Shown here: positions 61,600-64,000 of the stretch, piece after piece
Layout of the letters: each line of letters begins with the position of its first letter
Position numbering within the stretch: the first letter of the stretch is position 1
DNA from: Podarcis cretensis
Lineage: Eukaryota
Length of the DNA: 64,000 nucleotides
Reading direction: 5' to 3'
Assembly (NCBI GenBank): GCA_951804945.1
Contig: OX638150.1
Location: 50,840,001 to 50,904,000, forward strand
The notes under the pieces: model-generated
The model's input: the letters and a program-made list of their open reading frames with translations, nothing else
Databases searched by the model: none
Told to the model about the DNA's origin: nothing
Position numbers and translations under genes: made by a program

Positions 61600-62660
61600 C
61601 CCTCCCAACCCCGTGTGTGGCGTGATGAAAACTGCGTAATTCAAAGAGTTGCCTACGGTACTTAACGGGCGGGTCTACTTTTAAGGGGGGGGGCAAACAC
61701 AACCCGCGCCTTTCTGCGCATGCGCCAAACCAGCCGATCCCTTCCAAGCCGTTAAGATCACGCACACTTCCTGCTTGTCCTCCCTCCGGGAAACGCATGC
61801 GCAGAGAGACGCTTCTCCTCCCCTGTTTCCCAGAGTGCTCTGCGCGGTGAAGAAGCGTCGGTCGCGGGCTGGAGGCATTTTGTGTCCTGGATATCAGCAG
61901 CGAAAGAGAGAGAGAAAGAGAGCGAGAGCAAGAGAGAGACAGACAAGATGGCGGCGGCGGCCGAATGAAGCGCCAGGCGGCGGCGGCGGCAGCCGGATCC
62001 GCTCGAGCTTCTCCCTCCCTTCCCAGCCCTCAGGGCTGCCTTTCCTGAGAGGGCAGAGAGAGCGCTGACAGTCGCGGAAGCGTGTGGAGGGGGACGTCCG
62101 CTTCCTACAAAGGGGCCTGGTTGCGAACGGAGCCTCGGGGACTGGAGTCCTCCCTCCCTCCCCCCATCCTCCACACACTTCCCCCCTCTTCTTCTTCTTC
62201 CTCCCACCGACAGACCCCTCGAAATCCTGGCTTTTTCGTAGCGGGGGCTCCTTGAGGAGAAAGTCGGCAGTCGGGCGCTCGACGTGTGAACAAGCTCCCC
62301 CCCTCCCCGCTCGCGCTCTCCCTCGGTCGCCATGGCGAGCAGCAGCGGCTCCAAGGCCGAGTTCATCGTCGGGGGCAAATACAAGCTGGTGCGGAAGATC
62401 GGCTCGGGCTCCTTCGGGGACATATACTTGGCCATCAATATCACCAACGGGGAGGTAAGGGCCGGCGGGCGCCCGGGCCTCTTCTTCCCCCCCCCCCCCC
62501 GTCGCGTCAGAGAAGAGGGGTCGCTTCTCGCTCCCCCCCCCCCCGCCTGGCAGAGCATCAACTCGGGGGAAAAGCGCCAGGAAAAGCTCCCCGGACTCTC
62601 TTGCCACAAAGTCTGGCCGCCCCCACTTCGCCCTTATGTCGAGGGCCGTTTCTGACTTCT
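61600..62660. promoter_or_regulatory. CSNK1A1: CpG island / CSNK1A1 promoter and 5'UTR with NRF1 (TGCGCATGCGC 61715-61725; CGCATGCGCA 61794-61803), ETS/GABP (CACTTCCTG 61765-61773) and YY1 (CAAGATGGCGGC 61944-61955) motifs
   Basis: Sharp rise in GC and CpG; canonical housekeeping-promoter motifs immediately upstream of the kinase ATG. Confidence 0.85.
62332..62454 (+). CDS. CSNK1A1: Casein kinase 1 alpha, coding exon 1 ([41 protein letters not shown])
   Basis: Recognisable CK1alpha N-terminus with GSGSFG glycine loop; strong Kozak gccATGG; donor GAG|GTAAGG; 123 nt. Confidence 0.97.
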
Positions 62661-63315
62661 CTCCGCTTTAGTGGTTTGTAGATAGTAGCGTCGGACTTTT
62701 TCCTCCTCATTTTTATTTTGGAACTTATTTCTTAGGTTCTTTTTTTTTGGGGGGGGAGGACACGATCGTGACAAATTATAATAAGCACCTTCACGGTGTA
62801 GGGTTTTGATTCGTATTTTTGTAATAGGGTTTCTATCCTGTCTTGGCAGTGATGAGTCTGCAATGCTTGGTTCAGTTTTGAAAATGTTCTCTCCCCCACC
62901 CCCCGACTCTCTTAATCGTTCGCTTAGTAGTGTTTGTAGTACATAAAACGCCAGGCTGCCTGGTAATAGATGGATAAAGAGGCCATTTGTATTGTTTGGG
63001 GGGGATCCTTATGTGATCTGTAGAGAAACTGCACCTAAGCTCATTTCTTGCATTCACAATTACCTTGTTCAAGAGGCAATGAAGGCACCTTCATCTAAGT
63101 GTTTAAACACTTTCTGGGAATAATGGATTAGTGTTAGTATCCCTAGGATGGATATTTACAGAAGTCGGCACTGTGTGGAATATGTTTGCGGAGCTTGTCA
63201 CTTACCAGGATATTCCTGTGGAAGGCTTTCCCATGCCCTCAAATATGCTGTAGTGGAGAAATGCAGTCCTCTTGCTCCAATAGGATCTCTGACCCATATT
63301 CCCTCTTCACTGCAG

Positions 63316-63422
63316 GAAGTAGCTGTGAAGTTGGAGTCTCAGAAGGCCAGACATCCCCAGCTGCTATATGAAAGCAAACTATACAAGATTCTGCAAGGGG
63401 GAGTTGGCATCCCTCACATACG
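63316..63422 (+). CDS. CSNK1A1: Casein kinase 1 alpha, coding exon 2 ([36 protein letters not shown]); gene continues beyond window
   Basis: tgCAG acceptor, CG|GTAAGA donor, 107 nt; VAVK catalytic lysine, HPQLLYE CK1 motif. Confidence 0.97.
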
Positions 63423-64000
63423 GTAAGAATTATAGCTCTTGGGAGATAAAGTAGTCATTATCTCTTTTCCCCAAAGGATGAGTGTATTTTGTTTTTCACT
63501 GCTGGAGGAAGTGATACATATATGTTGCCTGAAATAAGCCTTATTATGAGTGGTAGCAAGTTGCATCTAGAAAAAGATCTTGAAGGATCCTTCCCTACCA
63601 GCTGCTTGTTTCCCTTCCCCATCTCTGCACCAACAAAATTATCTAGTACTTGAGAATATGGCAGTAGTTGAAACAGGAGTACCGGTTACTCGTGAGGATT
63701 GGAATAGAACAGTGGAAATGGCTGCTCCCTTTTGTGTTTTTGTTCCAACATGTCTTCCTCCTCTGCTCAGAAAATGGCGGATGTCAGTACTTAAACATTC
63801 CCAAGAAGTGGAATATATTTCTTTAATTTCCCACCTCGCTCCCATTCCCTTCTACCATCAGTATTGTATCTTGAAAGATTGGGGCTTCTGAGGACTGGGG
63901 AGGGAAGGAAGAGTGCAGAAAGTGGAAGCCCCTTACAGTTGCTGACGACATATGCATCACTGAGCTCTTAATTACGCACTGCTGCTTAAATCACCTTCCT

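Noticed and set aside
61758-62609. Long antisense ORFs (283 aa, 237 aa) over the CSNK1A1 promoter and exon 1
   Set aside because: Low-complexity, stop-poor GC-rich CpG-island artefacts with no recognisable domain
1-64000. CRISPR arrays, rRNA, operon-type systems
   Set aside because: Eukaryotic intron-exon DNA; no regularly spaced repeat-spacer structure or rRNA-like sequence seen

Overview
Vertebrate genomic DNA from a squamate, most likely a lacertid lizard. This is inferred from the repeat content: Sauria SINE, Squam2/Squam3-type SINEs, a tRNA-Lys/CR1 SINE and BovB. Three protein-coding loci are present. (1) ARHGEF37 (DH-BAR-SH3 RhoGEF) on the minus strand: 10 phase-consistent coding exons traced by hand from ATG 17768 down to ~453, the 3' end running off the window, plus a candidate non-coding first exon ending at 24668. 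(2) An intact, intronless 955-aa Toll-like receptor (41590-44457, +) whose TIR domain looks like the 'fish-type' TLR22 of the TLR11/13/21/22 family. (3) The CpG-island promoter and first two coding exons of CSNK1A1 (+). In mammals ARHGEF37 and CSNK1A1 are head-to-head neighbours, so the TLR22-like gene occupying the interval between them is the main point of interest. Its upstream 1.2 kb holds a hAT MITE with a perfect NF-kB site and a proximal cluster of PU.1/IRF-type motifs. The rest is TE-rich intronic/intergenic DNA (L1, L2, CR1, BovB, SINEs, hAT and Tc1/mariner MITEs), including a clean three- to four-layer nested insertion at 34.3-35.4 kb. Family assignments are from recognition of motifs only; no database searches were run.
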